Shown one piece after another: positions 49,208 through 61,162 of a stretch of DNA of 64,000 nt; the stretch's first letter is position 1; every line of letters begins with the position of its first letter. The translations under genes were made by a program, and so were the position numbers. A model generated the notes under the pieces. That model was given only the letters and a program-made list of their open reading frames with translations, was not told the origin of the DNA and did not search any database. The stretch is from Mobula hypostoma. Taxonomy: Eukaryota. The stretch spans positions 9,364,001-9,428,000 of the forward strand of contig NC_086101.1 of NCBI RefSeq assembly GCF_963921235.1, given 5' to 3'.

Positions 49208-51165
49208 CATAGTCATAGTCATACTTTATTGATCCCGGGGGAAATTGGTTTTCATTACAGTTGCACCATAAATAATAAATAGTAATAAAACCATAAATAG
49301 TTAAATAGTAATATGTAAATTATGCCAGGAAATAAGTCCAGGACCAGCCTATTGGCTCAGGGTGTCTGACCCTGCAAGGGAGGAGTTGTAAAGTTTGATG
49401 GCCACAGGCAGGAATGACTTCCTATGACGCTCTGTGTTGCATCTCGGTGGAATGAGTCTCTAGCTGAATGTACTCCTGTGCCCAACCAGTACATTATGTA
49501 GTGGATGGGAGACATTGTCCAAGATGGCATGCAACTTGGACAGCATCCTCTTTTCAGACACCACCGTCAGAGAGTCCAATTCCATCCCCACAACATCACT
49601 GGCCTTACAAATGAGTTTGTTGATTCTGTTGGTGTCTGCTACCCTCAGCCTGCTGCCCCAGCACACAACAGCAAACATGATAGCACTGGCCACCACAGAC
49701 TCGTAGAACATCCTCAGCATCATCCGGCAGCTGTTAAAGGACCTCAGTCTCCTCAGGAAAGTGACGGTTCTGGCCCTTCTTGTAGACTGCCTCAGTGTTC
49801 TTTGACCTGGCCAGTTTATTGTCAATTCGTATCCCCAGGTATTTGTAATCCTCGACCATGTCCACATTGACCCCCTGGATGGAAACAGGGGTCACCAGTA
49901 CCTTAGCTCTTCTCCGGTCTACCACCAGCTCCTTAGTCTTTTTCACATTAAGCTGCAGATCATTCTGCTCACACCATGTGACAAAGTTTCCTACCGTAAC
50001 CCTGTACTCAGCCTCATCTCCCTTGCTGATGCATCCAACTATGGCAGAGTCATCAGAAAACTTCTGAAGATGACAAGACTCTGTGCAGTAGTTGAAGTCC
50101 GAGGTGTAAATGGTGAAGAGAAAGGGACACAAGACAGTCCCCTGTGGAGCCCCAGTGCTGCTGATCACTCTGTCAGACACACAGTGTTGCAAGCACACAT
50201 ACTGTGGTCTGCCAGTCAAGTAATCAAGAATCCATGACACCAGGAAAGCATCCACCTGCATCGCTGTCAGCTTCTCCCCCAGCAGAGCAGGGCGGATGGT
50301 GTTGAACACACTGGAGAAGTCAAAAAGCATGACCCTCACAGTGTCCAGGTGGGTGTAGACACGGTTCAGCAGGTAGACGATGACATCCTCAACTCCTAGT
50401 CGGGGCTGGTAGGCAAACTGGAGGGGATCTAAGTGTGGCCTAACCATAGGCTGGAGCAGCTCCAGAACAAGTCTCTCCAGGGTTTTCATGATGTGGGAGG
50501 TTAATGCCACGGGTCTGTAGTCATTGAGGCCGCTGGGGCGTGGCGTCTTCGGCACAGGGACGAGGCAGGACGTCTTCCACAGCACAGGAAGCCTCCGGAG
50601 CCTCAGGCTCAGGTTGAAGACATGGCGAAGTACTCCACATAGCTGAGGGGCACAGGCTTTGAGCACCCTGGTACTGACACCATCCGGTCCTGCAGTCTTG
50701 CTTGAGTTGAGACCTTTCAGCTGACTTCTCACCTGTTCAGCTGTGAAGCCCACCATGGTGGTTTCGTGTGGGGAAGGGGTATAGTCATGAGAGCAGGGTT
50801 GGGGACTGTGAGGAGGGGTAGGAGGGGAGAGTGGAATATGTGTTGGTTGGGGGCCGACAACAGATGACTCATGGGGGATGGGCAGGGGCCACGATGTCAA
50901 ATCTGTTAAAGAACAGGTTAAGTTCGTTGGTCCTGTCCACACTGCCTTCAGCTCCTCTGTTGCTAGTTTGCCGGAACCCAGTGATGATCTTCGTCCCCAT
51001 CCAGACCTCTCTCATGTTGTTCTGCTGGAGTTTCCACTCAAACTTCCTCCTGTACCTGTCTTTAGCCTCCCTGATCCTGGCTTTCAGGTCCCTCTGTACT
51101 GCCCTCAGCTCCTCCCTATTTCCATCTCTGAACACCCTCTTTTTAGCATTCAGGATGTCCTTAAT
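49208..51165 (-). mobile_element. Rex1-type LINE (RT) nested in CR1
   Basis: GPDGV...DYRPVALTSHIMKTLERLV...PQGTVL...KFSDDSAIVG. catagtcatagtcat tail. Confidence 0.9.
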
Positions 51166-51649
51166 GTACTCTAGGGAGATTTACAAAGATGTTGCCTGGA
51201 TTGGAGTGCATACCTTATGAGACAAGTTGAGTAAACTTCGCCTTGAAGCGATGGAGGATGAGAGGTGACCTGATACAGGTGTATAAAATGATGAGAGGCA
51301 TTGCTCGTGTGGATGGCCATAGGCTTTTTCCCAGGCCTGAAATGGCTAACATGAGGGGCCAGAGTTTTAAGTTGCTTGGAAGGAGGTACAAGGGGATGTC
51401 AGACGTAAAATTTTCACACAAAGAGTGGTGGGTGCATTGAATGCAAAGCGAAGGTGGTAGAGTCAGATTGAATAAAGTGTTTTAAGAGACTCTTAGATAT
51501 GTACATGGAGCTTAGAAATATACAGGGCTGTGTGGTTGGGAAATTCTAGGCAGCTTCTGGAGCTGGATACAGGTTGGCACAACATTGCGGGCCGAAGGGC
51601 CTGTAATGTGCTGTGGATTTTCTATGTTGTATTTCTATGTTCTATGCCG

Positions 51650-54285
51650 GAGGAACAGTCAGACAGCATCTATGGAAATGACATTTTGGGCCGATATCCT
51701 TCTTCAGAACTGGAAAGGAAGTGGGAAATCCCCAGAATAGAAAGGTGGGGGGGGGGGGGATGGAAAGGAGGATAGCTGGAAAGTGATAGGTGAAGCCAGG
51801 TAGGTTGGAAAGATAAAGGGTTGGAGAAGAAGGAATCTGATACAAGAGTAGAATGGACCATAGGAGAAAGGGAAGGAGGAGGGGACACAGGGGGAGATGA
51901 TAGTCAGGTAGCTGAAGGTAAGAGGCCAGAGTGGGGATAGAAGAAGAGGGGAGAGACAGGGAATTTTTTTTTCTGGAAGGAGAAATCAATATTCATGCCA
52001 TCTGTTTGAAGGCTACCCAGACATACTATACGGAGTTTTTCCTTCGCGCTGAGGGTGGCTTCATCGTGGCACAAGAGAAGGCCATGGACTGACGGGTCGG
52101 AATGGGTATGAGAATTGGAATTAAAATGTTTGGCCACCAGGAAATTTCATCTTTGGCAGATGGAGTAGAGGTGCTTGATGAAGCAGAACCCCAATTTACA
52201 ACAGGTCTCACCAATGTAGAGGAGGCTGCATTGGGAGCAGCAGATCAAATAAATGACCCCAGCAGATGAAGTGTTGCCTCAGCTGGAAGGACTTTTTGGG
52301 TCCTTGAATGGAGGTGAGGGAGGAGGTGAATAGGTACTTTGGCTGCTTGCAGGGGTAAGTGTCAGGAGTGAGATTAGTGGGGAGGGTGAATGGACATGGG
52401 AGTCATGGAGGGAATGATCCCTGCAGAAAGTAGAGAAGGGAGGAGGTAAAGATGCGTTTGGTGGTAGGATACCATGACTGCGTGGCTAGGCATAGCCCAA
52501 ATACCTTCTATCAATTTGCTGATGATACAACTATTGTTGGCAGAATCTCAGATGGAGATGAGAGGGCGTATAGGAGTGAGATATGCCAACTAGTGGAGTA
52601 ATGTCACAGCAACAACCTTGCACTCAACATAAGGAAGACGAAAGAGCTGATTGTGGACTTCAGGAAGGGTAAGACGAAGGAACACATACCAATCCTCATA
52701 TAGGAATCAGAAGTGGAGAGAGTGAGCAGTTTCAAGTTCCTGGGTGTCAAGATCTCTGACGACCTAACCTGGTCCCAACATATCAATGCAGTTATAAAGA
52801 AGGCAAGACAGAGATTATACTTCGTTTGGAGTGTGAAGAGATTTAGTATGTCAATAAAAACACTCAAAAACATCTACAGATGTACTGTGGAGAGCATTTT
52901 GACAGGCTACATCACTGTCTGGTATGGAGGGGCTACTGCACAGGAACAAAAGAAGCTGCAGAGGGTCATAAATTCAGTCAACTCCATCTTGGGTACTGGT
53001 CTACAAAGTATCCAAGAAGTCTTCAAGGAGCGGTGTCTCTGAAAAGCAGTGTCCCTTATTAAGGACCCCCAGTATCCAGGACATGCCCTTTTCTCACTGT
53101 TACCATCAGGTAGGAGGTACAGAAGCCTGAAGGCAAACACTCAGCCATTCAGGAACAGCTTCTTCCCCTCTGCCATCTGATTCCTAAATGGACATATTGA
53201 ACCTGTGAACACTACCTCACGTTTTTAATATATATTTCTGTTTTTGCACTATTTTTAATCTATTCAATATACATATACTGTAATTGATTTACTTATTTAT
53301 TTTATATATATAGTACTTCTATATTATGTATTGTATTGAACTGCTGCTGCTAAGTTAACAAATTTCACAACACATGCCGGTGATAATAAACCTGATTCTG
53401 ATTCTGGTTCTGAGATGGTGGAGGTTTTTTGGAGGATGATGTGTTGGATGTGGACACTTATGTACTGGTAGGTTCAGACAAGAGGAGCTCTGTCACTGTT
53501 AAGGCAGAGGGAAGATGAGGTGAGCACAGATGTTCGGGAAGTGGAGGAGATGCAGGTAAGGGCAACATCAATAGTGGAGAAAAGGAAACCCTGTTCTTTG
53601 CAGAGGAGGACATACCTGATGTTCTGGAAGGGGAAACTGCAGTCTCGGAACTGATACGGTGGAAATGAAGGAATTTTGAAAAGTTACAGGAGACGGGGTG
53701 GGAAGAGGTATAGTCGAGATACCTGTGGGAATCAGTAGGTTTATAGAGTATGTCAGTTGACAGTTTGTTTCTAGAGATGGAGGCAGAGAGATGGGCAAAG
53801 GGAAGGTAGGTGTTTGAAATGGACCAAGTGAATTTAGGTGCAACGTGGAAGTTAGTGGGAAAGTTGATGAAATTGACAAACTCAGCATCAGTGCATGAAG
53901 CAGCACCAATGCAGTCATTAACGTTTCTGAAGAAGATTTTGGGAGCATTACTGGGGAAGGCCTAGAACATGGACTGTTGAAGGTGAACACCAGTCCTTCC
54001 AGATGGAGGGGAACTGGTTTGATCATTTATTGAGAAAGAAACGTGGAGCTCTAAGGCCTTCTTGATGGGGGATAGAAGTTATAACTCGACATCCATGGTG
54101 AAGATGAGGTGGTCAGTGCCAGGGAATTGAAAATTGCTGAGGAGATTGAGGGCATGAGAAGTGCTTCGGATGTAGGTTGGAAGGAATTGACTTGAAGGGG
54201 TTAGAATGGAGTCAATGTATGAGGACACGAGTTCAGTGGGGCTGGGGCAGGCAGGGACATAGGCCAAGTATCTATCTCGCTTTTC
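51650..54285 (-). mobile_element. Penelope-like element fragments (51650-52474 and 53413-54285), ending ~240 bp upstream of the TRIM gene 2 ATG
   Basis: ACPSPTELVSSYIDSIL...LIFTMDV and NDCIG remnants, and an MAKHFNSNSHTHSD...RIVCLGSLQTDGMNIDFS C-terminus. Confidence 0.75.
52475..53412 (+). mobile_element. Rex1/Babar-type LINE 3' fragment nested in a Penelope-like element
   Basis: QFADDTT, FKFLGVKISDDLTW and KARQRLYF. aataaacctgattctgattct tail. Confidence 0.82.
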
Positions 54286-54484
54286 AAGAATTGTCCCTTT
54301 CATTTCTGCCTCCGCGCTCCGGGTTCATTTATATTCGGACCTCTTTGATGTGTTTCTGATCCCATCCTGACGTGGAAATTGCCGTGATTCCTTCCCAGAG
54401 AACACTTGTCGCAGTTATGTTCATTCCCGGGACTGCAGCGCACATAGTGGACAATCGCGGAACTGCAGGGGTTCAGCAACTCCC

Positions 54485-54520
54485 GAAAGTGAAAGGATCC
54501 CGAACCCGGAAGTTCCGGAA
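54485..54520 (+). promoter_or_regulatory. ISRE/IRF-like element plus ETS motif upstream of the TRIM gene 2 ATG
   Basis: GAAAGTGAAAG (54485-54495) fits GAAANNGAAA. CCGGAAGT (54506-54513) is a consensus ETS site. Both lie in a short CpG-rich non-repeat island. Confidence 0.6.
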
Positions 54521-54525
54521 TTAAC

Positions 54526-54936
54526 ATGGCTTCGAAAGGACAGGTCGAGAGTTGGACCGAGGAGGTAATTTGTCCCATCTGCCTGGATTTCTTCACCGAG
54601 CCGGTGTCACTGGAGTGTGGTCACTACTTCTGCCGCTCCTGTATCATACGGTGTTGGGAAAGGGAGGCGAGAAACTCCTGCCCGGAATGTCGAGAGGAGA
54701 TTGCAGACCGCACCCTCAGGGTCAATCGGGTTTTAGCAAATCTGTCTGAGAAAGCTCGAAAACTAAACCTGAATCGGAAAGAGAAGGAAAATAAACTTCA
54801 CTGCGAAGAACATGAGGAAGAACTGAAGCTGTTTTGTGAGACGGACAGGACACTGATCTGTCTGATCTGCAGAGATGCACAGGAACACAAGTCTCACAAC
54901 TTCATGCCGATTAAAGAAGCCGTTAAAATTTACAAG
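54526..54936 (+). CDS. TRIM gene 2 coding exon 1: C3HC4 RING finger plus B-box type 2
   Basis: ATG in good Kozak context (aacATGg). RING CPICLDFFTEPVSLECGHYFCRSC...CPEC and B-box CEEHEEELKLFCETDRTLICLICRDAQEHKSH. 411 nt, phase 0, donor AAG|gtaaaa. Confidence 0.95.
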
Positions 54937-55014
54937 GTAAAAATAACCCGCTTTCGATCGTCTGTTTATGTTGTGTCTTTTTTTTGTCTAACCCATTCAC
55001 TCTTTAATTCCCAG

Positions 55015-55110
55015 GATCGGGTTAAATCTTCCTTGGACTCTCTCACAAAAAAGAAATTGGACATTCAGGAAATGGAGCAGCAACAGAAAGAGAAGATTGC
55101 TGGAGTTCGG
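55015..55110 (+). CDS. TRIM gene 2 coding exon 2 (coiled coil, 96 nt)
   Basis: Acceptor ctttaattcccag, DRVKSSLDSLTKKKLDIQEMEQQQKEKIAGVR, donor CGG|gtgagg. A 96-nt phase 0-0 exon is typical of class IV TRIM genes. Confidence 0.9.
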
Positions 55111-55409
55111 GTGAGGCTTCCTAAGCAGAGTTTCCAATATCGTTGTGTAGTTTTGTTCCCTTTAAAGCACAATAGCTGACTATCGCAGCTCCTGTGCCCT
55201 GGGTTCGATCCTAAGCTCTGGTGCTGTCTGCGTGGAGTTTGCACGTTCTCTGGGTGATCACGAGGGGCCGACATTGCCAAGAAATCCTGGATGAATGATT
55301 ATTTGTCTACTGTAATTAACCCCGTGAAGTGGGGTTGTATGTGAATGAAGTGGGAGTTAATGGGTCAGTGAAGAAGACTGGGTTTCAGGGAAATGTGATC
55401 TGGGAGCCA

Positions 55410-55818
55410 CTTACTTACTGCCTGTTATGCCACCATCATTTTGGACAGTCCTCCATCTCTAGCAGTGTTCATGTCTTCATTGAATATGTCAGTAGCTACT
55501 TCTCAGTTTCCACTACTGTCAGTCATGCAGGTCCTGAGTGGAGCTCAGGAATAATATGGCACTCAGATGTAGAAAGACTCTTCATTGTTTCCACAACAAT
55601 TTTGTTTCACCAGTCAGTATTGTTAGCCCTGAGCTGAACCCATGAACCTGGAGGACCAGTAGACCACTCTTACTCTGGCCTCTACCCTTTGACCTGTTTG
55701 GCATGGGTGACCCTACCAAGAGTCAGAGCATAAAGCCCACATTCCAGCCATTATCGTTCTTTGGGTCAGTGAGGCACACAAGCCTCCAAACCCAACGGCA
55801 AGGATGTGGTCCTCTTGT
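55410..55818 (-). mobile_element. Probable RTE-derived non-autonomous element in TRIM gene 2 intron 2
   Basis: The minus-strand 5' end (ccttgccgttgggtttggaggcttgtgtgcctcactgacc...ggtagggtcacccatgccaaacaggtc) resembles RTE-clade leaders. (AGTA)n tail at 55410. Confidence 0.5.
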
Positions 55819-55904
55819 ATGATAATGGGCTGGATAGACCTTCCATATCATAAGGAAATACATCAGGGCCAAATAATAAACTAGCCTCTCCTTTCATTTG
55901 ACAG

Positions 55905-56138
55905 GAACAGTCACAAAGCGTTCAGTCTCACATCACATCCCAGTTTGCTGAACTGCGCCGGATTATCACCGAGAAAGAGCAGCGTGCGCTCCGTGATCTC
56001 AGGGAAGAAGAGGAGAGGATTCTAAATCCAATGGCGAAAAATCTTCAAGTAATTCAAGAGAATTTAAATTCCATCCAGGAGGAAATCTCAAAGTTACAGG
56101 AACAGATGGATCAACAAGACATTATCATATTCCTCATG
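55905..56138 (+). CDS. TRIM gene 2 coding exon 3 (coiled coil, 234 nt); the gene presumably continues beyond the window
   Basis: Acceptor ctctcctttcatttgacag. Open frame EQSQSVQSHITSQFAELRRIITEKEQRALRDLREEEERILNPMAKNLQVIQENLNSIQEEISKLQEQMDQQDIIIFLM, donor ATG|gtgaga. Missing from the ORF track. Confidence 0.9.
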
Positions 56139-56471
56139 GTGAGAGATTTCAGTTTGTTTCTGTAAAAATGCACAGTCACCAAATGATGTATTTTAACTCA
56201 GTGTGGGATTTACAAATACTGTAGTTGTAAACTGATCTAAACCAGACAGATGTTTTGACTGTTCCGAATTGTTGTTGTCCCCAAACCGGCCTCCCACAAC
56301 ATCTGTACATCACAGGATGGGCTGCAATCTTCTCGGGAGAGTTCACTCTGATCGTAGCACTGAGCCAGTGATCGGTTCTGTGATTCCCCACGTATAATAT
56401 CCCCTGATACTCAGAGTAACATCCCATTAGAGTCAGGGACTGTGAGTGTGTCTGGTGTGAGGGTCTCTCTG

Positions 56472-57322
56472 TTAGAAACATAGAAAAACATACACCACAA
56501 TACAGGCCCTTCAGCCCCTAAAACTGTGCTGAACATGTCCCTACCTTAGAACTACCTAGGCTTTACCCACAGCCCTCTATTTTTCAAAGCTCCATGTAGC
56601 CATCCAGCAGTCTCTTAAAAGACCCTATCGTTTCCACCTCCACCACTGCTGCCGGCAGCCCATTCCACGCACTCACCACTCTGCATAAAATAACTTACCC
56701 CTGACATCCCCTCTGTACCTACTTCTCAGCACCTTAAACTTACCCCTGACATCTCCTCTGTACCTACATCTCCTCTGTACCTACTTTAAAACTATGCCCT
56801 CTGGTGCTAACCATTTCAGCCCTGGGGAAAAGACTCTGACTGTCCACACGATCAGTGCCTCTCATTATCTTGTACACTCTATCAGGTCACCTCTCATCCT
56901 CTGTCGCTCCAAGGAGAAAAGGCCAAGTTCACTTAACCTATACTCATAAGGCATGCTCCCCAGTCCAGGCAACATCCGCGTAAATCTCCTCTGCACCCTT
57001 TCTATGTTTTCCACGTCTTTCCTGTAGTGACGTGACCAAGTGCGGACCGACCAGTGCCTGATATAGACTCTTGGCTCTTAAACTTCATTTTGATGAAGGC
57101 CAATGCTCCGTATGCCTTCTTAACCACAGAGTCAACCTGTGTAGCAGATTTGAGTGTTCTATGGATTTGGACCCCAAGATCACTCTGATCCTCCACACTG
57201 CCAAGAGCCTTACCATTAATGCTATATTTTGCCATCATATTTGACCTACCAAAATGAACCACCTCACACTTATCTGGGTTGAACTCTGTCTGCCACTTCT
57301 CAGCCCAGTTTTGCATTCTATC
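56472..57322 (-). mobile_element. CR1 3' part (host element; resumes at 61163-61585 and 63113-63765)
   Basis: tagaaacatagaaaa tail and DRMQNWAEKWQ... The sequence is contiguous across the nested insertions. Small internal tandem duplications at 56690-56785. Confidence 0.8.
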
Positions 57323-60300
57323 ATCTGCCAGAAGTGCATGCGGCTGGGCGATCTGGAAGACCGTGTAAGGAATCTGGAGCAGCAGCTGGATGACCTTTGA
57401 CTCATAAGGGAGAATGAGGCAGTCATAGATGAGAGCTACTGGGAGGTAGTCACACCTAGGCTGTCGGAAGCAGGTCATTGGGTGACAGTCAGAAGGGCGA
57501 AGCAAAGGTGAGCAGACAGGTAGTGCAGAGCACCCCTGTAGGCGTTCCTTCATCCTGGATACTGCTGGCGGGGACGACCGACCAGGTGTGAGCCACGGTG
57601 GCAGGGCCTCCGGCACTGAGTCTGACCCGGTGGTGCAGAAGGGTGGGACGGAGAAGAGGAGAGCTGTCGTTATTGGAGACTCTATAGTCAGGGGAGCAGA
57701 CAGGAGATTTTGTGGACGTGAGAAGGACACCTGCATAGTCTGTTGCCTCCTGGATGCCAGGGTCCGGGATGTCTCTGACCGGGTGCACGATATCCTGGTA
57801 CGAGAGGGAAAGCAACCAGAAGTCGTGATAAATGTTGGGACCAACGACATAGGCAGGAAGAGGGATGAGGTCCTGAAGTGTGAGTTTCAGGAATTAGGCA
57901 GAAGGCTGAAGAAAAGGACCTCAAGGGTGACGTTCTCAGGATTGCTGCCAGTGCTACGTGACAGAGATGGTAAGAATTGGAGGAGATGGCAGTTGAATGC
58001 GTGGCTGAGGAGTTGGTGCAGGGAGCAGGGTTTTAGATTTTTAGATCATTGGGATCTCTTCTGGGGAAGGTGGGACCTGTACAGATTGGATGGGTTGCAC
58101 CTGAACTCGAGGGTGACCAATACCCTTGCAGGTAGGTTTGCTGGCATGGTTCGGGAGGGTTTAAACTAATTTGCGAGGGGGATGGGACCCAGTGCGATAG
58201 AGCAGTGCAAGAAGTGCATGGAGTAAAGCCAGATCTAACATACAGAGAGGCTTTGAGGAAAGAGAAACAGAATAAACGGTGTAAAGACAGTAAGGTAGAA
58301 GGGCTGAAATGCGTGTACCTCAATGCAAGAAGCATCAGGAACAAAGGTGATGAATTGAGAGCTTGGATACATACATGGAATTATGATGTAGTGGCCATTA
58401 CAGAGACTTGGCTGGCACCAGGGCAGGAATGGATTCTCAGTATTCCTGGATTTCAGTGCTCTAAAAGGGACAGAGAGGGTGGAAAAAGTGGAGGGGGGGG
58501 GTGGCATTACTGCTCAGGGATACTATTACAGCTACAGAAAGGGTGGGTAATGTTGCAGGATCCTCTTTTGAGTCAATATGGGTGGAAGTCAGGAACAGGA
58601 AGGGAGCAGTTACTCTACTGGGGTTATTCTGTAGGCCCCCTGGTAGCAGCAGAGATACAGAGGAGCAGATTGGGAGGCAGATTTTGGAAAGGTGCAAAAA
58701 TGACAGGGTTGTTATCATGGGTGACTTTAACTTCCCTAATATTGATTGGCACCTGATTAGTTCCAAGGGTTTAGTTGGGGCAGAATTTGTTAAGTGTGTC
58801 CAGGATGGATTCCTGTCACTGTATGTGGACAGGCCGACCAGGGAGAATGCCATACTAGATCTAGTACTAGGTAATGAAGCGGGTCAGGTCACAGATCTCT
58901 CAGTGGGTGAGCATCTGGGGGACAGTGACCACCGCTCCCTGGCCTTTAGCATTATCATGGAAAAGGATAGAATCATAGAGGACAGGAAAATTTTTAATTG
59001 GGGAAAGGCAAATTATGAGGCTATAAGGCTCGAACTTGCGGGTGTGAATTGGGATGATGTTTTTTCAGGGAAATGTACTATGGACATGTGGTCGATGTTT
59101 AGAGATCTCTTGCGGGATGTAAGGGATAAATTTGTCCCGGTGAGGAAGATAAAGAATGGTAGGGTGAAGGAACCATGGGTGACAAGTGAGGTGGAAAATC
59201 TAGTCAGGTGGAAGAAGGCAGCATACATGAGGTTTAGGAAGCAAGGATCAGATGGGTCTATTAAGGAATATAGGGAAGCAAGAAAGGAGCTTAAGAAAGG
59301 GCTGAGAAGAGCAAGAAGGGGACATGAGAAGGCCTTGGCGAGTAGGGTAAAGGAAAACCCCAAGGCATTCTTCAATTATGTGAAGAAAAAAAGGATGACA
59401 GGAGTGAAGGTGGGTCCGATTAGAGATAAAGGTGGGAAGATGTGCCTGGAGGCTGTGGAAGTGAGCGAGGTCCTCAATGAATACTTCTCTTCGGTATTCA
59501 CCAATAAGAGGGAACTTGATGATGGTGAGAACAATATGAGTGAGGTTGATGTTCTGGAGCATGTTGATATTAAGGGAGAGGAGGTGTTGGAGTTGTTAAA
59601 ATACATTAGGACAGATAAGTCCCTGGGGCCTGATGGAATATTCCCCAGGCTGCTCCACGAGGTGAGAGAAGAGATTGCTGAGCCTCTGGCTAGGATGTTT
59701 ATGTCCTCGTTGTCTGCGGGAATGGTACCGAAGGATTGGAGGGAGACGAATGTTGTTCCCTTGTTCAAAAAAGGTGGTAGGGATAGCTGTAATTATAGAC
59801 CAGTGAGCCTTACGTCTGTGGTGGGAAAGCTGTTGGAAAAGATTCTTAGAGATAGGATATACAGGCATTTAGAGAATCATGGTCTGATCAGGGACAGTCA
59901 GCATGGCTTTGTGAAGGGCAGATCGTGTCTAACAAGCCTGATAGATTTCTTTGAGGAGATGACCAGGCATATAGATGAGGGTAGTACTGTGGATGTGATC
60001 TGTATGGATTTTAGTAAGGCATTTGACAAGGTTCCACATGGTAGGCTTATTCAGAAAGTTAGAAGGCATGGGATCCAGGGAAGATTGGCCAGGTGGATTC
60101 AGAATTGGCTTGCCTGCAGAAGGCAGAGTGTGGTGATGGAGGGAGTGCATTCAGATTGGAGGATTGTGACTAGTGGTGTCCCACAAGGATCTGTTCTGGG
60201 ACCTCTACTTTTTGTGATTTTTATTAATGACCTGGATTCCGGGGTAGAAAGGTGGGTTGGCAAGTTTGCAGATGACACAAAGGTTGGTGGTGCTGTAGAT

Positions 60301-61162
60301 AGTGTAGAAGATTATCAAAGATTGCAGAGAGACATTGATAGGATGCAGAAGTGGGCTGAGAAGTGGCAGATGGAGTTCAACCCGGAGAAGTGTGAGATGG
60401 TACACTTTGGAAGGACAAACTCCAAGGCAGAGTACAAAGTAAATGGCAGGATACTTGATAGTGTGGAGGAGCAGAGGGATTTCGGGGTACATGTCCACAG
60501 ATCCCTGAAAGTTGCCTCACAGGTGGATAGGGTAGTTAAGAAAGCTTATGGGGTGTTAGCTTTCATAAGTCAAGGGATAGAGTTTAAGAGTCGCGATGTA
60601 ATGATGCAGCTCTATAAAACTCTGGTTAGGCCACACTTGGAGTACTGTGTCCAGTTCTGGTCACCTCACTATAGGAAGGATGTGGAAGCATTGGAAAGGG
60701 TACAGGAGAGATTTACCAGGATGCTGCCTGGATTAGAAAGTATGCATTATGATCAGAGATTAAGGGAGCTAGGGCTTTACTCTTTGGAGAGAAGGAGGAT
60801 GAGAGGAGACATGATAGAGGTGTAGAAGATAATAAGAGGAATAGATAGAGTGGATAGCCAGCGCCCCTTCCCCAGGGCACCACTGCTCAATACAAGAGGA
60901 CATGGCTTTAAGGTAAGGGGCGGGAAGTTCAAGGGGGATATTAGAGGAAGGTTTTTTTACTCAGAGAGTGGTTGGTGCGTGGAATGCACTGCCTGAGTCA
61001 GTGGTGGAGGCAGATACACTAGTGAAGTTTAAGAGACTACTAGACAGGTATATGGAGGAATCTAAGGTGGGGGCTTATATGGGAGGCAGGGTTTGAGGGT
61101 CGGCACAACATTGTGGGCCGAATGCCCTGTACTGTGCTGTACTATTCTATGTTCTATGTTCT
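57323..61162 (+). mobile_element. Near full-length CR1 (partial ORF1 plus ORF2), in TRIM gene 2 intron 3, nested in a minus-strand CR1
   Basis: CQKC/leucine-zipper remnant and esterase (GDSIVR, VGTND, DGLHLN; stop 58169). ORF2 begins LKCVYLNARSIRNK, is frameshifted in a G run at ~58500, then runs 774 aa to a premature stop. (TTCTATG)n tail. Confidence 0.92.

Noticed and set aside
54526..55179. Single-exon 217-aa RING protein as the main product
   Set aside because: Canonical splice sites and the typical 96-nt and 234-nt TRIM exons show that the gene is spliced.
5211..56138. All TRIM exons belonging to one gene
   Set aside because: The SPRY exons lie upstream of the RING exon on the same strand, so they must belong to different gene copies.
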